Shown piece by piece: positions 37,840-49,843 of a DNA stretch of 64,000 bases. Position numbers and translations under genes: made by a program. Under the pieces are notes generated by a model. That model was not told where the DNA came from, ran no database searches, and was given only the letters and a program-made list of their open reading frames with translations. Numbering within the stretch: position 1 is the stretch's first letter; each line of letters opens with the position of its first letter. Source of the DNA: Anthoceros angustus (lineage: Eukaryota; Plantae; Anthocerotophyta); contig MU008168.1 of the NCBI GenBank assembly GCA_010909165.1, forward strand, positions 496,001-560,000, written 5' to 3'.

Positions 37840-40800
37840 TATTATAAGGGATAGAGGCAATAAAACCTTAAGCTTAGTACAGACTAAGTATATTAAGGAA
37901 AGCTTAGCTAATTTTGGACTTGAAAATGCTAAGCCAGCCACTACACCATTTGCAAGTGGCATTAGGCTCACAACTGATATGAGCCCTAAAACAGATGCGG
38001 AAAAGCATGAGATGGTAGCAGTCCCATACCGACATGCAGTAGGCACTCTCATCTACTTAAGCAACTTCACCAGACCAGACATTTCTTTTGAAGCAAGTGC
38101 TTGCTCACAGTTCCTAGAGAACCCAGGAAGAGAGCCGCTATCACCAAACGATCTTGATTCAAGGGAACTATGAATACTGGATTGATGTACATGCACAAGC
38201 CCGGCATATCTAAGCTAATTTTAACAAAGATATGCCGATGTCGATTATGCTATGCATACGCATACCGCAAATCAGATTCGGCTATGTACTACTACTGGGA
38301 GGAGCTCCTATATCTTAGTCAAGTAAGAAACAACCTACTATTGCCCTGTCAAGCACTGAGTCTGAGTACAGAGTCCTAACCTCAGTCTCAAAAAATATAG
38401 TTTGGAGCAGATTAGCATTAAGTGAGCTAAATCATTCTCAACCAGTACCGACACCTTTGTTCAGTGACAGTCAGGGAGCTATAGCCTTAGCTAGAAACCC
38501 TGTCTTCCACTCCAGAACAAAGCACATAGCAGTTGAATACCACTACATCCGAGAGATGCTAGAAAACAAAACAATAGACATAAATTATATTCAAACTCAC
38601 GAAAATCCGGCTGATATATTGACCAAGTCATTAGGTCGTGATTTACATAGCAAGCATATGAGTTTAGGTATCCTCGATATCAAGTCTAGATCACCCTAAC
38701 TTAGCTAGCTATAGGAACTTAAGATTAGAAAACTAAGGGTTAATTACAAACCACAAAGTTTATCCAAAGTCTCAAGTTCCTCTTCTATTTCTATAGTATG
38801 TAAATAAATATAAATAAAAAGTTGTTAACTCATTAGCAGCATAAGGGTACTTACTATATGTGTGTTCAGTATGACCTTCATACTCAGCACATGGGGCAGC
38901 TTCCAGCCACACCATTTTGATTCCTTTCTTATGGCATATGTATTCAGCTGGGACTTTATAATCCCAAGGACTACCTGGGCAAATTAAGTGGGTAGCTTTG
39001 AAGAGATTCCCCATAGGGAGATAGGCACCGTATCTCATGTCCTGCTTTTGCCTCTTTTGGACCATTAGTGGGGGGATAGCAATCCTTAGATGATCTGTGC
39101 CCACACACTTGTCCACACCTGCAACCACATAATATTCTTTTTATTTGTAAGAAGACTTTTGGTTTACATATATAGGGACCATCTTCCCTATCCTCCAATC
39201 ACTTTTCTTTCTACTTTATTCTATCATCTTCTTTTTGTTTTTTGGTCTTCCTTTTGTGTCCTCAGCCTCTCCTAGCCGAAGCCATCCAGCTCCTAGATCT
39301 ACACATGGCTCAACCCATTGGTGTACATGCTATCTATGAATTTGTAGAATGCATGCAGACAGGATGACTTACCTGATGCCAGCTTATGGAGGGCGTTAGA
39401 ACACTTGGAGTCCGCAAAGTCGCCATTAACTACAGGCTGCAATCTCCACCGGGCCCCTCATTGGGTTGTGAAGAACATCTTGAGATCGCCTTGAATCCCG
39501 GCCTCCACCTCCTCGGCCTCGATATCAACCATATCACCCTGAGTTTCCATCAACAAAGGCATCATATCCTTGTGCTGTGGAGAAGACTCAAGGACAAATA
39601 TTGTGGCCACCTCCCATGGTCATCACTTATGCTCCTGACGGCGACCGGACAGACCATCCTATCCTCACACCAAGGAGAAGGCAACCTCCTTGGCCTCGGG
39701 AGGAATCGATTCTTCCCCACTTGGTTTCCTCCCACTTGAGGAACATCATCAACATCCATCGACCTCTCTCTTCATCAACCTCGACGCACGATTCCATCTA
39801 CATCACATCCGATTCACATACATGTCACCATTGGCAAAATGCGGAGGACTGACGGACAACATCACCCACTAAGACACCAAAGAATTTGAGCAGCAATTTG
39901 GAGAAATTTGTGGACCTGGGAGAAACCTACATCTGACCGCACGCCATCGGCAACAATCGATTGGCAACATGCAGATTAATGTACCGTGGCGCAAAGAAAT
40001 AAACGTAGCCTCCGGCGGCGTGACAGACTTTGTTCGAGATTGCTCCAAGGCGCGGCGTAGCGCGCGGCTGTGACCGCCCCACAGGCGTGGCGGTGTTGAA
40101 AGGGCCATCGCCCGGGAGCATTAAGTGAGCTAAATCATTCTCAACAAGACACACCTTTGTTCGTGATGTGTGGAGCTATAGCCTTAGCTAGAAACCCCTG
40201 CCTTCCACCCGAACAAAGCACATAGCGATTGAATACCACATCCGAGAGATGCTAGAAAACAAAACAATAGACATAAATTATATTCAAACTCACGAAAATC
40301 CATGATATATTGACCAAGTCATTAGGTCGTGATTTACATAGCAAGTATGGAGTTTAGGTATCCTCGATATCAAGTCTAGATCACCCCTAACTTAGTTAGC
40401 TATAGGAACTTAAGATTAGAAAACTAAGGGTTAATTACAAACCACAAAGTTTGGTTCCTTCGTCAATCTTGTGTGTTGTGAGCTACCATTAAGAGTGGAT
40501 AATGACGAGTAGTCTTGATGCGTACGACGGGGAAGAACCGCTAAAGGGAAAGCATTAGTTGTGCACTTATAAGAATATACGCGTATATCAATATAGGGGC
40601 CGGCTTGCGCACTAGAAATACAAATATAATAAGATATAAATTATATAAGAAGACTATTGGTTTACATATATAGGGACCATCTTCCCTATCCTCCAATCAC
40701 TTTTCTTTCTACTTTATTCTATCATCTTCTTTTTGTTTTTGGTCTTCCTTTTGTGTCCTCCTAGCAAGCCATCCACTCCTAGATCTACACATGGCTCAAC

Positions 40801-42181
40801 CCATTGGTGTACATGCTATCTATGAATTTGTAGAATGCATGCATGTGGATGACTTACCGATGCCTTATGGAGGCGTTAGAACATTTGGAGTCCGCAAAGT
40901 CGCCATTAACTACAGAATGCAATCTCCAGCTCAGGCTCCCCTCACAGATTGGGTTGTGAAGAACATCTTCGAGATCAGCTTGAATCCCTTCGGCCTCCAC
41001 CTCCTCGGCCTCGATATCAACCATATCACCCTCGGAGTTTCCATCAACAAAGGCATCATATCCTTCAGGCTCAGGAGAAGACTCAAGGACAAATATTGTG
41101 GCCACCTCCCGGCGGTCGTCATCACTTATGCTCCTTGACGGCGACCTGGACAGCACCATCCTATCCTCACACCAAGGAGAAGGCAACCTCCTTGGCCTCG
41201 GGGGAGGAATCGATTCTTCCCCCCACTTGGTTTCCTCCCAGCCTTGAGGAACATCATCAACATCTGCATCGACCTCTTCATCAACCTCGGTGACGGGTAC
41301 GATTCCATCTACATCGTCATCTGATTCACACATACATGTCACCATTGGCAAAATGCAGAGGACGACGACGGACAACATCACCCACGGGCAGCACACCAGC
41401 AACTTGCGGAGCACCAGCAATTTGTGGAGAAATTTGTGGACCAGTGGGAGCGCCCATCCTCAGCGACCTCACATCATCGCATTGGCAATAACGGCATTGC
41501 AACAGCGCAATGCGTGAAGAAATACTGCGCTGGGCGTATGCACACGTTGCGCGTGAGCGGCTGGGCGCGATCAGTGGTAATCGCCCTGACACTACACACG
41601 GCGGGCCGCACTGAAAGGGCCGCCACCGGGAGCGAATATCACACGCCTGGGATACTAGCGGGTTGGCCTTTCGCCAGAATCGGCCCGCCTCGCTCCCACC
41701 TAGCCTTTTTAAATTGGTTTCCTTTCTAATTTTCTAAAGGACCTATTTACGTTTATTTAAATACTTTTAGGCTATTTTTTCTTTCATGTTTAAACTGCTT
41801 AACATTAGACTTAAGTCAGTTTCTCTTAGGCTAATAATTTCTGATGTAGTGGGAGTTACTTAACATACTTAGGCTCATTTTGAAGCTAGATTTCACCCCT
41901 ACATTCATAGTGAGTGGGAGTGATAAAATATATTAGGGTTAGGGCACTATTCATTAGGGCACCCTAACTTAAACCTTATTATATGCCTAGGGCATTAAGT
42001 AGTTACTAGTTAGTTGATCTAGGTAGTTAGTAGTTATAGTAGTTACAACTACTAGGCGATTACAACTACTTATGGTTGTAACCACCTAACCACCTCGCCT
42101 ATAAATAGGCTTTGTACTTTCTATTAAATTAATTGTATATAAGCATCTTTTGCTTAAGGAGTTAGTGTGTGATTTTCATCA
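37840..42181 (+). mobile_element. 3' half of Ty1/Copia LTR retrotransposon (end of RT, RNase H, long 3' region, PPT, 3' LTR)
   Basis: VPYRHAVGTLIYLSNFTRPDISF; KKQPTIALSSTESEY; SDSQGAIALARNPVFHSRTKHIAVEYHYIRE..ENPADILTKSL. PPT AGTGAGTGGGAG at 41909-41920. Segment ~38415-39915 is duplicated at ~40120-41445. Confidence 0.85.
41921..42181 (+). repeat. Copia 3' LTR (261 bp)
   Basis: TGATAAAAT...ATTTTCATCA termini directly after the PPT; internal CCTATAAATAGG TATA box. Confidence 0.8.
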
Positions 42182-43077
42182 ATCTGAGGGTCTTGGAAGA
42201 AAGTGGGTGAGTGAGTCGATGTGTGAAGAGGAGTCCAGAACGGTTGTGACATAATAGGAAGTGGTGAGCGCAAGGGTCTGGAAAACGCGGGACGATTGAG
42301 GAAGATTGGGAATAAATTGTGTGGTGGGGTCAGACGAAAACAGCGACGGAGTGAGGTGCCGCGGTGTGCGTGGCCATGGTGTGCATCCACCAATGACCTT
42401 TGAGTGTGAATCCACATGAGTGTGACTTGGTGTATATGTGAATCTGTGTGCATAGGACTATAAAACGGCGTGGCGGTGGGAGCCGCGCCAAATAGTCGAT
42501 CGCGATGCGCGCAAGGCTCCTGGTGGGTCCCACCACGGCGAATGAATTAGCTACGGTGGCAACCCACTACTGGGTGGCCGAACTTACTACTTGGTGGACC
42601 TGACGGAAGTTGATTGCGGCTGGGTAGGAACTGATTTGTAGGAGGACGAGAATTCATAGTTGTAGAACATCTTGACACAACACCATTCCCTTGGGAGCGA
42701 ATCCTAGGACTATAACGACATAGAGGGTAAATGTGGGCCTCCTTGTGTCCCTAGACGCAAAATCTCATTCCACACTATACAATTGCCTTGTGCGCTTAGC
42801 TAGGCATTGATAGTCCACGCGCTTGGAGCTTTGTGTATGCAAACCTTGCAACTCACGGATCTCCTGGTTTTGTAAATTGAACATAAAACTAAAGGGTGAA
42901 CTAAGTAATTGAATCATGTGAATTATGCTGCATTCCTGTGCATTTGCGTGATGTTTGTATCAAAAAAAGTTACAGGAGTATTTTTAGAATATAGCTAGAT
43001 CAGCAAAGGACGTCATTTTCGGAGAATAGACCCAAGAGTACATAGAATGTTTTCCACTCATTCTAAGGGAGAGGGCT

Positions 43078-43350
43078 AACAAAATTTGGTTCCCTCGTCG
43101 ATCTTGTATGTTGTGAGCCACCATTAAGAGTGGTGAGGACAAGTAGGCTTAATGCGTACGACGGGGAGGAGACGCTCAAGGGAAAGCATCAAATAAGCGC
43201 TAAGAATGTGGGCCACTCATAATGAGGGAGAGCGCCAACAAAGTTTGGTTCCTTCGTCAATCTTGTGTGTTGTGAGCTACCATTAAGAGTGGATAATGAC
43301 GAGTAGTCTTGATGCGTACGACGGGGAAGAACCGCTAAAGGGAAAGCATT
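43078..43350 (+). repeat. Diverged ~115-bp direct repeat pair in retroelement-like DNA
   Basis: AACAAA.TTTGGTTCC.TCGTC.ATCTTGT.TGTTGTGAGC.ACCATTAAGAGTGG...ATGCGTACGACGGGGA at ~43078 and ~43237. Confidence 0.8.
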
Positions 43351-44266
43351 AGTTGTGCACTTATAAGAATATACGCGTATATCAATATAGGGGCCGGCTT
43401 GCGCACTAGAAATACAAATATAATAAGATATAAATTATATATAAGAAGCTTTGCTAAATCTGAGATATTAAGAAGCAAGACTCTTTGAAGCACGATATTG
43501 TCAACCCTCCTTCCACAGTCATACTAGTCTCAGTAATGGTTGTCACCTGCAGGGTTGGGATCAAAATTGGAGTGTTGCCATTACTTTGTAGGCCTTACAC
43601 ATGTTAGATATATGTGTAAGGCCTTCATGGCTGTGGGATTTTAATATGTATGATGTATACATGACTTCAAGCTAGAATACATACATACTTGAAGGCTAAG
43701 TGTAGTTTGTCTCTTCAGGAAAGATGATACCACAAGATCCTTCCCTACCTTCTCGTATTTACATTGACTTTAGTACCACGCTTGTCTATATGCTACCTTG
43801 CAGGCCCATAGCTGCTTATGCCCTAATTTGATCCACTAACAATTGTGGAGGGAGACTTTATTAAGAAAGGAGAGATGGAAAAGCCCGTCTACTAAAGGAC
43901 ATCACATGAAACCCAAGGATTGTTATAAGAGGGAGCAACTAAGATCCACATTTAAGGTCACCTATAATTCCTGCAATATCATAATTAGGAAGAATGAAAG
44001 CTGACCGGTTGTCATGAAGCATCATCTGCTCTTGTGGCTATCTTGAAAATTACTCCTACGGGTGTGCATTGGAGGGCAATAAATACATACTGCCGAAAAA
44101 ATGCCCCTAAAAGTAGGAGAGAGCATAACCTCGCACCATGCTGGCGAACATGATAGGCTTTACCACATCATTTGATTTATCCATGCCCTCCCGAGTCGAA
44201 TCCATGTATATTTATGAGGCGAACGAGATGAATTGGTGGCTTGCTTGCGTGTAGGCCACCAATGTA

Positions 44267-44522
44267 TGCAATTGGAGGCCATTACGTTGAGGAGCTGTCC
44301 TGGAGGAGGCCTGCTGATAGTTTTACGTTTGTTTGCCTCTTCAATCATGCATGTGCTGGCTTGGGTGACCTACAGGAGGGGAGGGAGCTCCATCTTCAGC
44401 ACTAAGCAATAGGTCTAGAAGCTGATTTGATTGATGGTACCAGTATGGTGAGCATGTATGCAGAATGTGGTAGTGTAGAGGATTCTTGCAGCGTGTTGGA
44501 CAAACTACCTGCGAGAGGCTAG
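44267..44522 (+). pseudogene. PLS-class PPR gene fragment
   Basis: DSFTFVCLF..ACAGLGDLQEGRELHLQH*AIGLEADLIDGTSMVSMYAECGSVEDSCSVLDKLPAR. Confidence 0.75.
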
Positions 44523-45039
44523 TTTGGTGATGCTACAGATGTGTGAACGCCGCCTCGTAATATATGGAACCAGACGCTAGCGAGCATTGTACCATTAGAT
44601 TAAACCTCGGTCGAAGGTCCAATCAAGGAAGGATGGATGCAAGCTGGGGACATTGTTGTTGCCGTTCGAATTCGGAACAACATGCTGTCTAGCATGCTTC
44701 ACCTCGTTCGCATGAGTTTTGGGTTTAAGGTTGTATGCCCAATGCGCATGCAAGAAGGAAGGAAGTTAGCGGAAGCATCCAACAGGGAGCGATGGAGTGT
44801 GGAAGCTCGAAAGGCAGGCGACGCAAGGAGAGAATCAACATCAAGAGGAAGAGGAGCAGCGCATGTAGCAGAGATGCGATCAAAAGCGGGTCATGGATCG
44901 GTTTGTGAGGAGTGTTGCTGGGGAAATGGAGCCTGCAAATCTACGGGGAAGACACCGTTTGCGATCATGATGCTGTGATGGCTTAGCATGTGATTACTAA
45001 CTTAGTGCATGACTGTCGCTTCATCGCTTCCATGAAGTA

Positions 45040-46292
45040 GCAGCTTATCAGGGCCTTGACAAATGTACGGAGCTGTTGTGGCTGCAAATGCCTTTTTTGT
45101 AGGCAGCTGGGCCCTATCAGCTCCTGCTATGGCCTCTCGCTTCATCCTCTAGGACAGGCCCTTTCTAGTGTGGAGGAAGGAACCTTCCCTCTCCAAATCT
45201 GCTTGAGGCAAGCAAGAGAAATGCTTTCTGCGGATGTTTTGCGGGAATTTCCTCCTTTCTCAACGTTCATCTCCGATGATTTTAGGGGGTTGTAGGCGTT
45301 GTTGCTGGAGAAGTAGCTCGGCCAAGCTTTCCAGTCCATCCTCTTAGACCCCTCCATCCCCAGGTCCACGAGGGCTCGACTTCACTCTTAACTTGTTCTG
45401 GTAAGGGCGTAGGCACTTGGCTTCTGGCTCGTCCATACATATAGGGATTTTTGATCGCACCAACCACCTTCACCATTGCGATGCAATCATGTCTTGGCCT
45501 GCTCTAACCCGTGGCGTCTTTCCTCCTTACATGCGAGTGCGGCTTTGCCCTCGATGACTTTGGGATTCACCTTGCTTGTTGTCCCCTTTGGAGGTGATCG
45601 CATCGCCACCCACGACGCTATCTGTGATGTCATGTTTGCCACAGCTCGCGAAAGCGGCTACATGGCCTAGAGGGAGCAAGGATACATTCTTTGAACAGAT
45701 CGCTCAATCAGGTCTGACTTGTACTTTGTCCGCGGTGACCAGGTTTTGGTGGCGGATGTGGAGGTTACCGACCCTGCTTGAGACACCATCTCCGCTTAGG
45801 TTATCACTAACCGTCCGGTTGGTCCGAGCAGCCTCAAGGTCAAGAAGTACAAGGGATGCAAGCGGCCACTTTTATTCCGCCGACTAAACGTAGGGCAAGG
45901 GCAATGGCTGCGGACTTAGATAAATTTTTCAAATCCTGTGCCAAATCCTACTACGCCCGCAAGCATGGCGCGGGGTTGTCCCTTTCTTATTTCACAGCTT
46001 ACTTCAGACAGCGAGTCTCCATTGATGCATTTTGTACCTACACGTTTTTCCACTTGCATTGATGGGTTTTTTTCCATCATTTTTTCCCTTGCGTGTTCGA
46101 ACAACAAGCTCTCACCAAGCCTATTGTTCGAACAAGCTTCGTCGGTACATAACACCACGGGACTGCATTAGGCAGTTATAAGATTGGTGATAACGAGGTT
46201 AGTCCCCCATGGTTTGGTGCTCTCCTAAGGGTTATTCCCCCTTGTCTTGGATAGATGAATTTTCCCATCTCTTTTTCATAATAAAGTCTCCA
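45040..46292 (+). mobile_element. 5'-truncated CRE-like RLE non-LTR retrotransposon
   Basis: RARLHS..GTWLLARP..CECGFALDDFGIHLACCPFGGDRIATHDAICDVMFATARESGY..RSDLYFVRGDQVLVADVEVTDP..KVKKY..FRQRVSI (CCHC knuckle plus PD-D-K-type RLE). Ends TTTTCCCATCTCTTTTTCATAATAAAGTCTCC. Confidence 0.8.
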
Positions 46293-46671
46293 TCCCCCTT
46301 GGTTTATCCATGCCCTACCGAGCCGAAGCCCCGTATATTTATGAGGCGAACGAGATGAATCGGTGGCCTGTTTGCGTGTAGGTGTGCAGGCTCTCACCAG
46401 GCCTGTTGTTCGAACCAGCCTCGTCGGTACAGAGCACCACGGGGCCTGCGGCATAATGCTGGGGAAATCAGGCCAGTTACCTTAACCGCGAGAGAGTCAC
46501 ACAGTATGTACCTAGTCGTGCTAGGTCGTGAAAGGTCCAGGCCTTGGGACTTTGCCGTGGTCGTTAGTGGCACACCGCTTATGCCGTTGCCCATAGGCTT
46601 TTGTCTGAACGTACACTTCTCCAGGGCGCATGCAAATGCGATGAAGCGAACTTAACAGCCAACGGTGAGTC

Positions 46672-48491
46672 ATGTTTGGTAGCAGTGCAATGCCGTCCAA
46701 GAAACCCGATAATTCCAGGTACTATGACATTCTCGGCATCTCCAAGAATTCCTCCCAGGATGAATTGAAGAAGGCCTACAAGAAAGCAGCCATCAAAAAC
46801 CATCCCGATAAGGGAGGAGACCCTGAGAAGGTGGTGACAAGGCTGCGTTGGCATGCATTCTTAGTTCCCTGCAGCTCGGAATTTGGCGCCAGACTCGCGG
46901 ATTTAACTCACGACTGACTGGCGCCACCAACTGTGTGATCGTTCCAGTTCAAGGAACTTGCCCAGGCGTACGAGGTGCTGAGTGATCCTGACAAGCGACA
47001 AGTGTATGACCAGTACGGGGAAGAGGGCCTGAAGGAGGGCCTGGGAGGGGGAGGCGCGTCGCACAACCCGTTTGACATCTTCGAGTCCTTCTTCGGCGGT
47101 GGAGGAGGACATCCGTTCGGAGGTTGGCTCTCGCTGATCAGCTTCTGGAGACGGTGTCGCAACTGTTACAGTTCAGAACTGAGAGGGATTGATGCCAATG
47201 CACTGAGAAGCTGGGAACTGGCCGGGGGAATTGCTCTGATCATTTTGTAGGTGGCCGAGGCGGGCGCAGGCAGCGGAAGGGTGAAGATGTTGTGCATCCG
47301 TTGAAGGTGTCACTGGATGATATTTACAATGGCACCTCCAAGAAGCTGTCTCTGGCGAGGAATGTTATCTGCCCTAAGTGCAAAGGGTACGACTAGGTCT
47401 GCGTTCTGGTCTTCTGGCTTTGTAGGGCAGAGGTTGCCACGGTTAGCCCGCAGGTGCAGGTGCTCATCATGCTGCAGGTTTGGAATTTTGGACTACAGGA
47501 AGGGGTCGAAAACTGGTGCTCCCGGCCGCTGTGCTGGATGCCAAGGCTCGGGCATGAAGGTTGCCATCAGACAGCTGGCGCCGAATATGATACAGCAGAT
47601 GCAGCACGTCTGTCCGGAGTGCAAGGGATCAGGTAGACTTGTAAGGCATGTTCCAGTGTATGATATCCACGATGTGAGATTTACATGTATGAAGCCGAAT
47701 GATGAACTCGAAGACTAAAACTGTGCGGTCAGGTGAGACCATCAACGATAAAGACAAGTGCGGTCAGTGCAAAGGGCAGAAAGTGGTGCAGGACAAGAAG
47801 CTCTTGGAAGTGCATGTGGAGAAGGGCATGCAGCATGGGCAGAAGATCACCTTCCAGGGAGAAGCCGATGAAGCAGTGCGCTGCCTTGCCTGCCCTGTGC
47901 TTTTGCTTTTGCCACTTGGATAATGCCTCTCTTCATCGGTCTTTAGTTTCTCTGACATGGCCACTCGTGTTGATGTGCACTTAACAGCCAGACACGCAGA
48001 CGGGAGACATCGTATTCGTGCTACAACTCAAGGAGCATTCCAAGTTCAAGAGAAAGGGTGACGACCTGTTTGTGGAACACACTCTGTCTCTTACCGAAGC
48101 TCTCTGCGGGTTCCAGTTTGCACTCACTCATCTAGACGGGAGGCAGCTGCTAGTGAAGGCCTGTCCCGGGGAGGTTGTCAAGTCCGGTCACTTCAAGGCA
48201 ATAAACGACGAGGGGATGCCTCTTTACCAAAGGCCCTTCATGAAGGGCAGGCTGTACATCCATTTTACAGTGGACTTTCCGGACAGCATCAGCCCAGAGC
48301 AGGGCAAGGCGTTCGAGAGCATTCTGCCTAGACCTGGGGGACAAATGACAGATATGGAGGTGGACGAGTGCGAGGAAACCACCCTTCATGATGTGAACAT
48401 CGATGAGGAGATGAGAAGAAAGGAAGCACACGAGGCCTATGAAGAAGATGAAGAAACATCTGGACCTAGAGTTCAGTGTGCCCAACAATGA
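46672..48491 (+). CDS. dnaJ: Cytosolic type-I DnaJ/Hsp40 (J2/J3-like), paralogue 1. Exons 46672-46830, 46948-47122, 47251-47386, 47499-47632, 47733-47875, 47988-48491
   Basis: J domain with HPD, G/F region, four CxxCxGxG-type repeats, C-terminal domain and CaaX CAQQ; five GT-AG introns restore a single frame. Confidence 0.95.
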
Positions 48492-48706
48492 CGACTCACT
48501 CGCATTACTGCACAAAACACCCTGCTGTGTTTCATGACAGCATCCCGTTGTATTGCTAGCCTGGTCACAAAGCCATCTCTAGTGGTGAGTCTAACTGCGG
48601 AATTGTTTGGCTTGTTCCATCCGAAGTGGACTAAAATACATTTTGTTTTTCTTCTTGTTTTAATCTCTACCGGAACCATTAGTAAATGATAACAAAGGAC
48701 CGACGG

Positions 48707-49494
48707 AGTAACACCCCTTTTCAGCGCGAGGTGGGGCTTTCACGCAGTTAGCGACAAAAACTCACTGGACACCAGTATTAGGAAGTAGTCCGCCGTCAAA
48801 CTCACCACACACGAGCACTAGGCCTCCAAGTAGTCCGCCGTCCTTCCACTGGACGACTCGCAGTTAGCACCATGAGAGATCAGAAAGAGCTCCCCACCTT
48901 TGCCTAAGCTAGGAGCTTAGCTCTCTCCCTATTCCAACAAGAGTCAACAAGAATACATGAGAGATCAGAGAGAGCTCGCCACCTTTGCCTAAGCTAGGAG
49001 CTTAGCTCTCTCCCTATTCCAGCAAGAGTCAACAAGAATTCCAGCAAGAGTCAACAAGAATACATGAGAGATCAAAGAGAGCTCCCCATCTTTGCCTAAG
49101 CTAGGAGCTTAGTTCTCTCCCCTCGATCTCCTCCTCAACAGTTCTCCTCTAGCACGTTCACACTCTAGGCTCCCAAGGCCTCTAGGCACCACAGTCCTAT
49201 CCTCACAAGAATATAGCTCCCAAGTGTTAGGATCCTTCTAGACATGCTCACACTCCAGGCTCTCAAGGTCTCTAGGCTCCAAAGTCCTATCCTCAAGAGT
49301 ATAGCTCCCAGGATCACATGATGCTTTTTCTAGGGCTAGCCTCATCTGCTTTTGTAGGGAGGCTTACATCATTTCCAAAGTAACTGCCTAAAGCAGACTT
49401 TCTTCCTTAAGGCCTAAGCTAAATCTTACCACCATTATTTACAATTTACTAACTAGATTCAGGGTTGCATACATCTCATGCAAGGTTTCTTACT
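48707..49494 (-). mobile_element. Solo LTR (same family as 61194-61705) with internal tandem expansions
   Basis: Begins AGTAACACCCC and ends TTTCTTACT. Shares AGCACTAGGCCTCCAA, GAGTCAACAAGAA and CCTAAGCTAGGAGCTTAG(C/T)TCTCTC (x3 here) with the 61.2 kb copy. No matching TSD. Confidence 0.7.
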
Positions 49495-49843
49495 ACTGAA
49501 TTCAATGTCAAATATCACCTGTAAATACACCTATTTTACTACGATATACATATGATGTAGGGTTGGATGCGGTGGCAGTACAAAGAGCCGGCTTCCGACA
49601 AACACAGTCCTTTGAAGTTGAAGCTGGTTGTGCGGCAGGGGCGCGGTGTATCTCCACTTCCTTCCGAGCCCAGCCCCGTGGCCGACCCTTACGGCGCACC
49701 TGTTGTGATCGAGTGTGCTGACTCTCGCCGCAGGCGCCGCTGGGATTGGAATTGTGGCGGAAGAGGCAGTTGGTGGGATTGGAATTGCGGCTGTGACTAG
49801 AGTCTGTTGATTCAGCTGTGTCTGTGCGTAGCAGTCTGCAACC

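Noticed and set aside
48702-49499. TSD for the solo LTR between the DnaJ genes
   Set aside because: Flanks GACGG and ACTGA do not match, so no TSD is claimed.
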